Shown here piece after piece: positions 40,598 to 53,779 of a stretch of 64,000 bases of DNA. The position numbers were made by a program, and so were the translations under genes. Origin of the DNA: Camelus ferus (lineage: Eukaryota); the NCBI RefSeq assembly GCF_009834535.1, contig NC_045696.1, positions 95,420,001 to 95,484,000 on the forward strand, read 5' to 3'. Below the pieces are notes generated by a model. It was not told where the DNA came from and did no database searches. It saw only the letters and a program-made list of their open reading frames with translations. The number at the start of each line of letters is the position of its first letter. Position 1 is the stretch's first letter.

Positions 40598-42649
40598 AAA
40601 ACTTTTTTCTTGTTAATAGAAATTCAAATAATCACTTTTTTTTTCTAAATTCAATTAACATATGAGGCTGGGCTGGGTCTCTACACAGTGAAACAAGATG
40701 GCAAGGTTGGTGTCAACTGGAAATTTATTGCCAGATTAAAATATAAAGAAAACCTATCCAGGAAAAATTTCATAGACAAAATATCTGAAAAGAAATCAGT
40801 TCCCTTTGCTCCTTGGTGCTTGTTGAGATAACTGATATATTGTTAATGGATATGGCTGAAGAAATTTTAGCAAAGGGTCTTTAGACTTGATCTCGCTCAC
40901 TTACTTTATTCATTTCTCAGTGATGAAAAACAGTAAAAAAGAAACAAACGCATAAACCAAAAGAAAAAGAAAAAGAAAAGAAAACCAGCAATAACAAAAC
41001 CCCCAAATACATAGTTCCTTTAAAGTTTCTAAACAATCAGATGCATCCCAAAGACCTATTATTTGTAATGTCAGCAATACACCTTTGAAAAGCAAAACCA
41101 AGCAAAAGTTACCTATATTACACAGTCTACCTAAATTCAAAAGTTAAGGTCTCTTTAAAAAAAAAGGTCTCTTTTGTAGTTTACAGTAGATTCTTTGTTA
41201 AAGTAGTTTCCTTTCAGAACCAAAGCAAACTAAAGTGGAGCGTATTTTCACAATCCGTATTTCCTCCGAAGGTACCACCAGCTTCAAAGTTTTCACCACC
41301 TCACCTTTCTGGAGAACCCCGAGTTCTCACATGGTCACTTAGCAGGACCCCTCTCCTACAGAGCCTCTGGAATCTAAAATGTACTTGGTCATCTGGAAGG
41401 ACATTATTATTTTCTCTGTTTTGTGGAAAACTATGAGGTTTTATCCTAATCACAGAGATACTTTTAGAGGGGCTAAGGCAATTGATATTTCCTTCCTTGC
41501 TTTTAAATAATTGAAGTGGTCAGAGTTGGTAGTCATAGCGTTTGGTGACATTTTTTTATCCTTATGCTCTTTTGCAAATTCTTCAGGAGTTTTTTTCCCT
41601 AATATTCTGGGTGTAGTAGATAGCTCATGTTTAGGGACTGTATGATATTCTCACTCCTTTTAACTTGCCTGGAAATATCATGGATTTGGAACTGAGATAG
41701 ATTAGCATTACTTCATGGATAATATTAGTTATTCAAAGCAGTATTATAAGGATTAAATTAAAGTGCTTCTTTAAATCTTAAATGCAAAGGTTTGAGGTCC
41801 ACATTAGACTTTCAATAAGCATCCTCCTTCAGTGTGTTCTATCCTCCATGGTGGTCCACTGATGGCTCTAATTGCCTGCTGTGTGGAGTACACATTGTTT
41901 CTTCTCTCATTTCTTACATCAAGGATTCTACACTCTGTTCCCTACAGTCATGTCTGTCCCATACAGTCATAACAAAAGTTCCCTTGCCTTTCCTTAGCTT
42001 TCTGTTCCTTAGGGAATCTCCTGGAAATTTCAAATTTAGCCTCAATTTTTGGTTTCAAGTGGCAACATTCTTAACTATCGGCACAATCTCTTGGCTTAGG
42101 GTTTCTTTAAGAAATAGCTGTCTAGACCTTGATTTTCTTCTATTTTGTCAAAAAAAAAAAAAAACTCCCTCAATTTTATTTATAGCTGAGTTTTCTATGA
42201 AATGTGAATATAACCCAAGAGAATGTGGAAACTACTGAAGCAAATAGGCTTGTGAAACCCTATTAAACTGTACCTTAGACCCTTCATGAAGCAAGTCCAA
42301 TCACTGATTCCACAATGAAGTTTGTCTTAGGGTGATATTATACATGTCTTCTGGGTAGTCCTTCGAGGATATTGGTTACAGGTGACTAGTCTGGTTCTCC
42401 CTCTAATACTCTTATACATTCAAGAAGTCTAGTAATAGCCTCAAACTTTCTTTGTTGTCTATTCATTAAACATTTATACAGCATCTACTATTGTCAAGCT
42501 CTGTGACAAGCACTGAAATTCAACAATAAACAGATTATGGTTTAGATTTCATAAATTTATTGTCATCTCAGATAATAATAACAAATAATTCTCTCTTTGT
42601 GATAAGTGCTATTCTAATTACTACATATATAATAACTTTTAAAATATAT

Positions 42650-42825
42650 AATACAACAATCCTATGAAGTAGGTAGGTGCTATAACCGTATCTATTTTAC
42701 AGATGAGGAAACTGAGGTACAGAGAGGCTGAGCAATTTATCCTAGGTCACATCCCTAGTATGTAGCAGAGTCACACATCTAGTACATGGCAGAGCAAGGA
42801 TTTGAACCTTGGCCATCAGACACTG
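42650..42825 (-). mobile_element. MIR SINE
   Basis: 'caacaatcctatgaagtagg...attttacagatgaggaaactgaggtacagagaggctgagcaattt...ggatttgaacc'. Confidence 0.9.
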
Positions 42826-42859
42826 TTAATATCCTTCCACATAGTTCCTTAGCCTACTT

Positions 42860-43289
42860 CTGAGTTCATCTGCTGTCATAGTGTAAGTTTCCACAAAGCT
42901 TATAGCTTCCTACCACAAGAGCCTGGGTATCTATACTTGTCAGCCTAAGACCTTTTTCTGGTTGTTGTTTGGGGACTTGCTCAACTTAGATCTTTAATGC
43001 TAGAGAAGAAACTCTACGTAGGGGATGGATATAGTGGATAAACCCTCTGGTCCCTCATCTCTTAGAGGGTATTATTCTGAGACATGTTCTACAAAGTTCC
43101 TCAGAAGTTCCTGAATGGGGTGGAGCTCCTATTACACTCAGGGGTAACCAGCTTTTATCTCTCTTTTTTCTTTATCTCTCCTCACTCTTTTAAATGTGTT
43201 TCCTGGGATCACCTTTCAAAAAAAAAAGTAAACCCCCACCCGCTCAATTTTTACAAGATTTTCTTTTGAAGCAACCCGAACTAAGGCAG
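42860..43289 (+). mobile_element. ERVL LTR (LTR16-like)
   Basis: 'attctgagacatgttctaca...gtttcctgggatcacct...aacccgaactaaggca' typical of LTR16 3' ends. Confidence 0.65.
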
Positions 43290-43388
43290 ATAGTGCTCTT
43301 AACATACCATCCTACCTCTCCACAATCTTCACTCCCTTAGTCCATTTGGTCTCTGCTCAGAAAGGCCTACCCAGTCCACGTGAGATAC

Positions 43389-44180
43389 TGTCATTTATAA
43401 TAAGAAATATGTATTCGGTTTTCCACGCTATTCCAGACACAGAACTCCTAAAACCCTTGGACTTTCTTGTGATAAGAGAGATAAAGGTACCTTTTGTTGT
43501 GTTAAAGAGGTGATTTTTGGAAAGCCCAATGGTAACCTATGGGTGGGGACTAGTTGCCAGGGGAACCAACCATGTGATTAGAGGTTTGCCACTTTCAGTA
43601 CCTATTCTCCAACCTTGGGGAGGAGAATGGGGCTGGAGGTTGAATCAATAGCCAGCGATCACTGATTTAATCAGCTGTGCCTATGCAATGAAGCCTATGT
43701 AAAAACCCCAAAGGACAGGGTTTGGAGAGCTTCCAGGTTGAGGAACATGTGGAGGATGTTGGGAGAGTGACACACCTGGGGAGGCCATGGAGGCTCCTTG
43801 ACCTTTCCCCATGCCTTGCCCTATGCACCTCTTCCATCTGGCTGTTCCTGAATTGCAGTTCTTTCATAATAAACTGGTGGTTTCATAAGTAAAATGTTTC
43901 TCTGAGTTCTGTGAGCTGCTCTTGCAAATTAATCAAACTGCAGGAAGAAGCATGGGAACCTCTGATTTATAGCCAGTTGGTCAGAAGTATAGATGACAAA
44001 CTGGGCTTGCAATTGGCATCTGAAGTCTGAAGTTGGGGGTTGGGACAGTCTTACAGGACTAAACAATTAACTTGTGGAATCTGATTCTACCTCTGGTTAG
44101 ATAGTGTCAAAATTGAGAAAAGTTGTAGAACACCCAGATGGTGTTCCACACATACTGGAATTGGATTTGGAACCCTAACA
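43389..44180 (+). mobile_element. MER21-like solo LTR
   Basis: 'gaactcctaaaacccttgg', 'ggaaccaaccatgtgattagagg', 'ggagagcttccaggttg', 'ctgagttctgtgagctgctc', 'gcttgcaattggcatctgaagt'. Confidence 0.88.
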
Positions 44181-44639
44181 AATCATGTTAATTAAAAATA
44201 TTTATTTGTTAGGGTACAGGCTTAGCTGCTATCATAAAGAGACCCAATATTGAGATTTTCAAGAAAGACATGCATTTGTCTTTCTAATAACATTCCAGAA
44301 ATAAGCAGGGGATCCAAGATAGAGAGGCACCTCTTCTTCCAGACATCTTTCAGGGATACAGGTCTCTTCTATTTGGGATCATTCCCTACAGTCAATGTTT
44401 AAGTTGGTTCACATTTCAACCAAGGGAAGAAAGAGAAAGAAGGGTGTTCTCTATTAAGTATGTGTCTTGAAATCTACTCTTGTCATTTTCCTTCATGTTC
44501 TATTGGTTAAAAACATTGTCAGATGGTAAACCCAACAGCAAAGGAGGCTGAGAAATGTAGTTTCTAACCAGGTAGCCAAGTTTCCTGCTATCACTCAGGA
44601 AAATGGATATTGAGGATAATTAAAAGTCTTCACTAAAAA

Positions 44640-44870
44640 TAGCATTCTCTGTCTCGGTGAATATTTCCTCTTGCTTTATTTTCCTTCATTATATATCACT
44701 ATTTGATAACAGATATTTATTTACCTGTTTCTTATCTGTCTCTCCCAAGAGAATATAAATGCCTCGAGGTACAGACTTTCTTAGTTTTGCTCACCACTGT
44801 AGATCCAGCACCTAGAACAACGCCCAGTACCAGTAACCACTGAATAAACGTTAAATGAAGAATGAATGAT
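44640..44870 (+). mobile_element. L2 LINE 3' end
   Basis: 'tgtctctccc...ttttgctcaccactgtagatccagcacctagaacaacgcc...aataaacgttaaatgaagaatgaatga'. Confidence 0.8.
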
Positions 44871-45276
44871 CTGCTATGTCCCTAAAATTTTCCCAAGTCT
44901 CCAATGACATACTAGGACACACATAACCTCAACAATGTGAATCTTGGGCTAGTTGAATAAATTCAGCCATTTTTGTATTTCAGAAGATGCTCTATGAGAG
45001 GCATTTTTATCCTCTATCTAATCTAATCTAATGAAGCTAAGAAGGATTTATTTTCAGATAATCCCTTTCACTCTCCCAAATGGATATTATAGTGGTATTT
45101 CTTCCAATATTTAGTTTCTGAATCACTCTTTGTATATAAATGGGTTTATACAATTTATAACATTCTAATCTTTATTATATTTAAGCAAAAACAAATATTA
45201 ATAAGTTCTCCTCCTATAACTAGCTATGTTATAGCTATTGGCAATTGAGTGGACATATATGCAAAAAAGAAGACAT

Positions 45277-46050
45277 TGTATTTGTTTTCTGAAGCTGCTG
45301 TAATAAATGACCACAAACTTGGTAGTTTCAGAGCATAGAAATGTATCTTTCCACAGTTCTGGAGTCTGGAAGTCTGAAATTCTAGGGCTGAACGTCTTTT
45401 GGGAGCTCTAAGGGATAAATTGTTTCTTTTCTCTTCCAGCTTCTATTGGCTATCTTGGCATGGCTGGGCTTGGGGCCACATCACTCTAATCTCTGACTCC
45501 GTCTTCACATTGCATTCTTTGCTCTGTGTCAGTATTTTCTCCTCTTCCATCTGTCTAAATTATCCCCGTGCCTTTCCCTTAAAAGGAAACTTGTCAATGG
45601 ATTTAGGGCCCACCAAGCTAATTCAGGATTATCCCCTCATTTCAAGATCCTTAATTTAATCACGTCTGACAAAGTCCTTTTTTCCAAATAAGGTAACATT
45701 CATAGTTTCCATGGATTTTATGTAAGTATCTTTTTTTTTTTTTGAGGTGAGGGGGCATTTTTCAGACTACCACAGTCTTCTCTTTAGCCCCAATAGCTCA
45801 TATCCATCCCACATGGACATTTACCCCATGTCAGCACCCCTAAAAATCTCATTAGCATCAATTCAAATCTATAATCTCATCTAAATCTTTTCAGTGTCTC
45901 AATCCCAAATATCATCATCTAAATCAGATATGAATGTAACTCTGGGTATGAACCATCATAGGGCAAAATTTCTTTCTATCTCTGGACCTATAAAACCTAA
46001 AAGTAAACTGTCTGCTTCCAAAATACAATGGTGAAACAGGCATAGAAGGA
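45277..46050 (-). mobile_element. MaLR LTR (MLT1C/D-like, 45277-45774) with adjoining internal sequence (partial provirus)
   Basis: 'gctgctgtaataaatgaccacaaacttgg...cacagttctggagtctggaagtctgaaat...ctaccaca' followed directly by MLT-int-like 'ctgcttccaaaatacaatggtgaaacaggcatag'. Confidence 0.8.
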
Positions 46051-47879
46051 AAATAAAGGCAAATTCTGCAGATGAATAAAATATGTCTCTTGGCCAGATT
46101 ATAGCCTTGGGCTACCTGGCTGTAGACTTCTGCTGGAGGAGGATGGCAGACGTCCTCTAGGAAGAAATGTGTACATTTGGTGGCGAGGCAAGTGGAGATC
46201 TTAATGAGACATTTTGTTAGGTTAAGGGGATGTCTCAAGAGCATGTCTGATTGGGAGATTTTTGACACAAAAGGAGTTTCTTTGAATTACAAAGGAAAAA
46301 GAATCTCAAAGGTTTTGAAATCCTGGATATAGTGGGGAAGGGGTGAGAAGGGCTAAAGATTTCCCAACAAGTGTTGGAAAGCTAGAAAGAGAGCAACTAT
46401 GGAACTACAGATAGATACAGAAAGAGTAATGCTTGTTATTAAATTTTAAGGTTTTTCTTTTTACTTCTTTGCTTATATTCCTTGAAACTTCAGCAAAAGT
46501 CTATTACATACAACAACCATATGTGATGTTTTGCCTAATGATGGAGAATGGTCAAGGGTTAATGCTTGGGGTGGAGTGTGGAGGAAGTACAGTGTTTAGA
46601 AGACAAGATGGTAAGAGGAGATTGATAATTGAATCAGTAACAGAAATGCGTATTCAGAGACATGAGATGAATATCAAAAGTGCATATCCATCCCTTTCAT
46701 AACCCTGGAATCCTTGGAAATTTAAAGGAGGTTACTGAACTCCCAGTAGTTACATGGGACAAGACAAGTTATTTAACTTAAACGTTTCATGAAAGACACA
46801 CTAGAAAAAATACTACTTATGCTTTTCTCTTTTGTCTTTCTGCAGTGAGCTTTTCTCAGACCAGCTTAAAAAAAGTCACATTAGGATTGATACAGAAAGA
46901 TTACAGTGAGAAAGCAAGGGTTAATATTCAACATCTGGCATTTAAAATAGGATTCTGAAGCATCAAAAAAGGGAGGACTTTTTGTTTTGTTTTGTTTTGT
47001 TTTGCTTTGCTTTGCTTAGAGAGAGGAAGTAATTTCCAAATTCCTTTAGTTCATATGTAACAACATCAAAGACCATGTCTGATAATCAGATCTTAGATCT
47101 TCTCCATTAACGCTGAAAAAGTACATATATGTGTTATTAAAGTTTAGCTGTGAGGCTGAAGTCCAAAAGAAAGAGAATATGTCTTCACTGATGTAACAAA
47201 GAAGTTCAGAGATATTGTGAGAAGAAACAGAGAAGGACTCAATATTTATCTTTCTGGACCTTTCCATGTTCCCTTGTGGGGTGGGCTCGGAGGTGGGACT
47301 TCCAGCTGGAGAGCTTGTCAGGGCTGAGTAGTTTCAGGAAGAACCTCATGTGTCTGGTCCCACTATAATGCCTGTGAAAGCCAAAGGAGGGCAGGATCCA
47401 AATGAGAAGAGACCATGAGACCCTGAAAGCACTCAGACAGAGCAGATGGTGGGTTGCCCAGCTGTTACTCCCAGCACAGCAGCAAACAGCAGAAGAATGC
47501 CATTGACTTTGAGAATAAAAGATGGAGAGAAGCTGAAAAGAAAATGAGAATATCTAATCCCCAACATCACAAGCCTAAATTGGCCACCCCCCAACTCCTC
47601 ATTTTCCCAGGATGATTCAGGATGTCTGTTTTCTAGGCACATTTTAGTTTGGTGGTTACACTACCTAAGCCTTCCTGCCTCTACACACCTACATATAGTC
47701 ATGGAGAGGCGCAAGTAGGAGCAGTAGGCTAGACACTGAGAATTTCTACCAGAATCTGAAAACTATAAAAAAAGACTCTTGAATTGTTGTATAGGATTAA
47801 CATGAATAGAATGGGCAGAAATAATAAATAATTGTTGCATATCTATATCTATTATCTATTGAAATTTATAGAAAAATTG

Positions 47880-50340
47880 TAGCTATGATGCAAAGAATAA
47901 TTTCATTTTTCCTGAAGCATTTGAGAGTAAGTGGCCAACCTGTTGGCCCCATCACTCCTAATATTTTAGCATTTCCTGCAAACCAAGACATTTCTCAACA
48001 TAACTACAAGATAAACAAAACCAATAAATGTTTTTTGACACATTGCTACATCTAATCAGATTACATTCAAGTATTGTCAATAGCTCTAATTGTTCTAACA
48101 GTTCTGATAGACTCTAAGATCCTTGAGTCTGGGCTAATCCTCATGCCCCATTCAAATTTCCGAATTGTCCCAATAATGCCTTTATAACAAGCATAACCAG
48201 TTCAGTGTCTTTTGAACAGTTCCTTGGTCTTTGTTTTTCATGTCACTTTTGAAGATTCGAGGCCATTTTTTAAAACAGAGTATCTCTCAATTTGGGTTTG
48301 TCTGATAATTTCTTGTAGTTGGATTTGATTATGCATTTTTGGTATGAATATCACTGAAATAACACTGTGTTCTCATTGTATTCTTTGTTATTAGCTTGTA
48401 TTTTCTAGGACTTTGTGTGAATGGAATTATACATTATATATTCTTTCTTTGCTTGGCTTCCTTCAGTCACCATAATAATTTTGAGATTTATCCGTTTTGT
48501 TGCATTTATTAGTAATTCATTACTGTTTGGGGGGGTACCAAATTATTCGAAGGAGTGGTACAAATGAAAGAATTTAAGTGGCTATTTTTATAATTTATTA
48601 CTTTTTATTGTTAGCAGTGCTCCATTTTATGGCTATACCACAATTTGTTTATCTGTTCACCTGCTGATGGATATTTGCATTGTTTTCAGTTTCAGGAGAC
48701 GACAAATAAGCTGCTGTGAAAATCTGTATGCAAGTCTTAGTATGAACATATGCTTTCATTTTGAGAGAGTAAATACCTAGGAGTAAAATAGCTGAATCTT
48801 ATTAATTTTTAAAAATGTACCAAGCTCATTTCCAAAGTAACTGTACCATTTTGCATTTCCACCAGAAGTGTATAAAAGTTCTGATTGTTCCACATCCTTG
48901 CTGATACTTGAGTATGGCGGTATTTAAAATTTTAAATTTTAATTATTCTAGTGAGTGTGTAGTGTTATTCCTTTGTGGTTTTAATTTGTAGTTTTCATTC
49001 ACCATTTATATGTCTTCATTGGTGAAATGTCTGTTCACATTTTTTCCCCGTTTGGATTGTCTTCTTAAGTTGTTAAGAGTGCTTTCTCTATTCTCGGTAC
49101 AAGTTCTACTCAAAATGTTGAAGAAAATTTTTTATGAAGTCCAACTTTTCCAAAAATTTTAGATGATTAATGTGCCTTGCTTTGTATTTTTGAAAATTTT
49201 CACTAAAATCAAGTTCATGAAGAGTTTACCCTATCTTTTCTTCTAGAAATTTGACAGATGTTGCTTCTACATTTAAGCCTATGATCCATTTGCATTGGAT
49301 TTTTAAAATATGGTATGTGAAAGAAGGGTTGAGTTTTTTTTTTCTCTTTCTTTTTTTTAACACATATAGCAAAATTATTCTAGCATCTTGACTGTAAAGG
49401 TTATGTTTTCCACACTGAATTATTTTGAGTTATTGTTGAAAAATAATTGACCATGTATGTATGTATCTATTTCCAAACTCGTCATTTGTTCCATTGACCT
49501 ATACCTACTTTTATGCCAAAAGGACAACTTTTCCTTAATTTGGTCAGTAAATACCCTTCAAGGTTCCTACTATGTTCTTTTGACACATCTTCCTCATTCT
49601 TTAAGCACTTCCTTACTTTCTGGCACAAAAGGATAGTCTATGTATTGCCCTGTTTCAGATCAAAAATTAGCCTTTTCTCCACCAAGCTCTATTTCCTGTT
49701 TTTGGAGAGTGGTATTTAGAATCCAAGATCTCAGTGCTAGGTATGCTCATGAGTATTAGTGTGTCACTGCTCCCAGGCTTCTTAGTGGACAGAGCTAGAG
49801 TCTGTGTGTGTATGTACACACACACATATACACACACCTGATATAACTATACACGATACACACATTTATATTTTTATTTATTGCTCTACATATTGAAAGC
49901 CACTATTTCATACTGATGCCACCAATTCCAATAGAAGTTTAATTCTGGTTTTCCCCTTTCTGTATTTGTTTGTTTGTTTACTTATTTATGCGAATAGAAG
50001 AGTTTATTAGTTTACTCTGCCATAGACAACAGCAGGCCACACAGACAAGAGGTACCTGTGTGAGCCCCCTTTCTGTATTCAAACTCCCTTCTGTGACAAT
50101 GAGAAAGCTGGCTCTATTATCTTAAATATATTAATTATTTGATCAATATCCCTTTATTTAACCAATCTTCCATCACCACTGCCTTCTTCTGTACAAATAT
50201 ACACCTCACTTTGCTAGACCTCTCATGTCAAACTGCCTCCTACGTGGAACTCTGTTGCACATTCTTGGGTTCTGATGCCTTATGCTTGGCTGTTCTCAGA
50301 GAAGGATGTCTTCCTTATCCTGCTTGACTTCAGGTACCCC
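47880..50340 (-). mobile_element. cluster of old L1M fragments
   Basis: 'gtttatctgttcacctgctgatggatatttg', 'tacctaggagt', 'gtaccattttgcatttccacca', 'tttaagcctatgatccattt', 'ggtatttagaatccaagatctcagtgctagg'. Confidence 0.8.
49967..50065 (-). pseudogene. short polyadenylated retro-insertion of unknown source (transcript 3' end)
   Basis: Perfect 14-bp TSD cccctttctgtatt at 49953-49966 and 50066-50079; minus-strand AATAAA at 50008-50003; A-rich tail (ataaataagtaaacaaacaaac) ~13 nt downstream. Confidence 0.8.
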
Positions 50341-52164
50341 AAACAGAAGACTTCTCTTCAGGGGACTCCCCATCCCTCCCCGCTGGCCCCTGTGCAGAAA
50401 CTTATTCTTATCAGCTACATCTAACAGCTTTAGGATTAGATTGCTTTAAAAAGAAGGAAGAAAAGAAGAAAAGGAGAAAGAAGAAGAAAAGAAAGGAGAA
50501 TCAGTGGAATGGGATAAAAAGTAATTACATTTTGTCTTTGGTGAGTAATAGTGCAAACCTACTATTTATACTACAGGAAAGAGTCTCCTCAGGACATTGG
50601 AGGCCACAGAGACATATAAATTATAGATAAATAACACATTGATCATTTGTAATATTATTTATATTGTATCTTTAAATTAAATTGAAGCTTTCCCCTAAGG
50701 ACATCGAAGCACCTACAGCTGTCCTCTCAGATTCTCTCCCCCTCCCTGATGAGAAAAAATATACAATGTCCTCATCACCATGATCACATTTTTAAAATTC
50801 CAAATCAAGATTCACAGCTGAGAAAACTGAGGAGAAATACGGTCTGATATTCAAGTTTAAGTGTTTTTTTCCCCTAGATCTTCAGCAAAATCCAGCCTTT
50901 CAAGATGTGTTGCTCAATGAAGAAGAATGATTTGCTTCGACACTTGAGTCAAGGGTTGTAGAGAAGGTTAGCAATTAGAGAGGACATAGTGGTGAAAAAT
51001 TATTGATAACTGAGCAAGTAGTAGGAATTTGTATACAGATGAATCCATATATTGAGTCATGAAGACGATATCCGTGGTCAGAAATGCTCTAAAAATGTTA
51101 ATGTTAATGTAAAGCTCTACTCAAGTTAAATTTATTCTTCGTTATGGTGTACATGTATAAGTTCTATAATGGTTCTAAGCTCCAGGACTGAGCACACCAA
51201 AGCAGGAAAACTTTTTGAAAATGTTAAATTATGTAAGATTTTACTTTTACCATTTTAATACTCATGGTTTCATAAACACAATGAAAAGCATCATTAAATT
51301 ATTTTAACAATTTCCAAAAGTCCTGGGGAGTAATTTCACCTATTTTGGCATCCTGAATACGACTTCCAGTTTGCAAATAAAGTTGTAAATTCTTGAAGCT
51401 GGAATCTACAGAACTCCCAAAGAATATCACTATGTATGTAAATTGAAGCATCAAGTGTAAATAAATACAGATATTAAATGGGAATTGTTACATTCCAATG
51501 GGCACTTCAAAACTCAAAAAACTTAATGTCTTATTTCAATGAAAATTCCCAAGCATGATGACCTTCTAAATTTCACAAAGGCAGACCACATGGAACATAA
51601 AATTTTACTTTAAACATAACTTTGGGTCTGGAAAATTATAGTGTGCATAAAATTCTTAATAATAAAGGTGTGTATACTCAAGATTCAGAAGCACTACACA
51701 CTTTTCATAGTATATTAATTCATGCATTCATTCATTTATTTATTTTATAAATAATATATGTCATGTGTATTCTCAAATTTCTCTCAAATTTTCAAATAAA
51801 TTTATATTATACTTAATTGTAAAATCTATTTTTATACTGTCCTCTGAGAATTAAATGAGGTCAGTTCGTGGATTTGTCACAATGTAATATTAAAAATCAC
51901 AGAAAGAAAAGGATCTGCAAGAAACAAAAAGTATCAGAAGAATATTACGTGATTTTAAGTCAGATGAGAGACCTGTCATCAAATTCTTTAGATTTGACCA
52001 TTAAAATCCAATCATTCCAAAGCAGTCTTTTGACCCATATTAGCTCATTGTTTACTCTTCTTGACCCCCAATTTTCCTAACTTAAAAATGGAAAATAATA
52101 TACTGCCAAAGGATTTTTTTTAAATGTTAAAGTACACAAGACATTAATTCTTCTCACCTTCTTT

Positions 52165-53506
52165 CTTTCTTTCTCTTTTTTAAAATTGAAGTGTAATGGA
52201 TTTACAATGTTATATTAGTTTCAGGTATATAATGTAGTGATTTGATATTTTATTTATTATACTCATTTTAAAATTATAAAATATTTGCTATATTCCCTGT
52301 GCTATAAATCTATCCTTATATCTTATTAATTTTATACCTAGTAGTTTATACATCTTCCCCTTTCTTGCCCCTCTCCTCACCCCTCTCCCCACTGATAATC
52401 ATTAGTTTGTTCTCTGTATCTGTGAGTCTGTTTCTGTTTTGTTACATTCATATGTTTCTTTTATTTTTTACATTCCACGTATAAGTGAAAACATAGAGTA
52501 TCTATCTTTCTCTGTCTCACTTGCTTTACTAAGCATATTACCCTCCAGGCTCCACTATGTTGTGTGTGTGTGTGTGTGTGTGTGTGTATTTTATATATAT
52601 ATATATTATATATATATATATTTCTCACAGCTTCTTTATCCATTCATCTGTTGATGGACACTTAGATTTCTTGCTTCCATATCTTGGCAATTTTAAATAA
52701 TGCTGCTCTGAATATTGTGGTGTATATATCTTTTCAAATTGGCATTTTTATTTTCTTTAGATATATTCCCAGGAGTGGAATTGCTGGATGATATGGTAGC
52801 TCTATTTTAAATTTTTTGAGGAAACTCTATACTGTTTTCCATAGTGGCTGAAGCAATTTACATTCCCTCCAGCGATATACGAGGTTTCCCTTTCTCCACA
52901 TCCCTGTCAACACTTGTTATTTCTTGTCTTTTTTACCATAGCCATTGTGACAGGTGTGAGGTGATATCTCATTGTAGTTTTGACTTGCATTTCCCTGATA
53001 ATTAGTGATGCTGAACATCTTTTCATGTGCCTGTTCGCCATCTGTATGTCTTTGGAAAAATGTCTATTCAGGTCCTCTGCCCATTTTTTAATTGGATTTT
53101 TTTATATTTTTTATATTGAGTTGTATGAGCTCTTTATATATTTTGGATATCAACCCCTTACCAGACATATCACTTGCAAATATTTTCTCTCATTCAGTTG
53201 GTTGTATTTCCATTTTGTTGATGGTGCCCTCACTGTGCAAAAGTGTCTAAGTTTGGTTAGATCCCAGTTGTTTATTTTTGCTTTTGTTTCCCTTGCTTGA
53301 GGAGACATATCCAGAAAGATATTGCTAAGACCTATGTCAAAGAGTGTATAGCCTAAGTTTTCTCCTAGGAGTTTTATAGTTTCTGGTGTTACATATAGGT
53401 ATTTAATCTATTTTGAGTTTATTTTTGTTTATAATGTGAGAGAATGTTCTAATCTCATTCTTTTACATGTAGCTGTCCAGTTTTCCCAGCACCACTTACT
53501 GAAGAG
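52165..53506 (-). mobile_element. L1 ORF2 C-terminal remnant, 3'UTR and A-rich tail
   Basis: Minus strand begins LFSKWCWENWTATCK (ORF2 motif); standard L1 3' sequence; T-rich tail on + strand at ~52150-52181; contains (TG)n(TA)n at 52560-52621. Confidence 0.95.
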
Positions 53507-53511
53507 CTAAC

Positions 53512-53653
53512 TCTTTTTTATTTACTTTTCAAAGCAACATTGAAAATGAGACATTAGGGCATCCACTTGAAAGGTCAAGAAACTGAGGCTCAGAGTTTAA
53601 GTGACATGCTTATGGCCAGGCAGGGGAAGAATTTGAAACCAAACTTAAAACCC
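53512..53653 (-). mobile_element. MIR fragment inside the L1 chimera
   Basis: + strand 'gaaactgaggctcagagtttaagtgacatgc...atttgaaacc' is the MIR core. Confidence 0.8.
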
Positions 53654-53779
53654 CAGTGTGCGCCTTCATCTCCAGGGGTCGCCCGTTCACCTTGATGAGG
53701 CCGTTACCTCGTTTGCAGTGAGCCACGTTGGCAGTGGCCTTCTTCTTGCGTTCGAAGACCTGCACCGACTGCAGAGGGC
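53654..53779 (-). pseudogene. RPS16: processed fragment of 40S ribosomal protein S16 (uS9) mRNA, residues ~5-47
   Basis: Minus-strand translation [37 protein letters not shown] versus mammalian RPS16 [36 protein letters not shown]: 2 substitutions and one extra codon. Followed by a short deletion and 'gcgcacactg' (~R-T-L). No start codon, 3' end or own tail. Confidence 0.95.
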
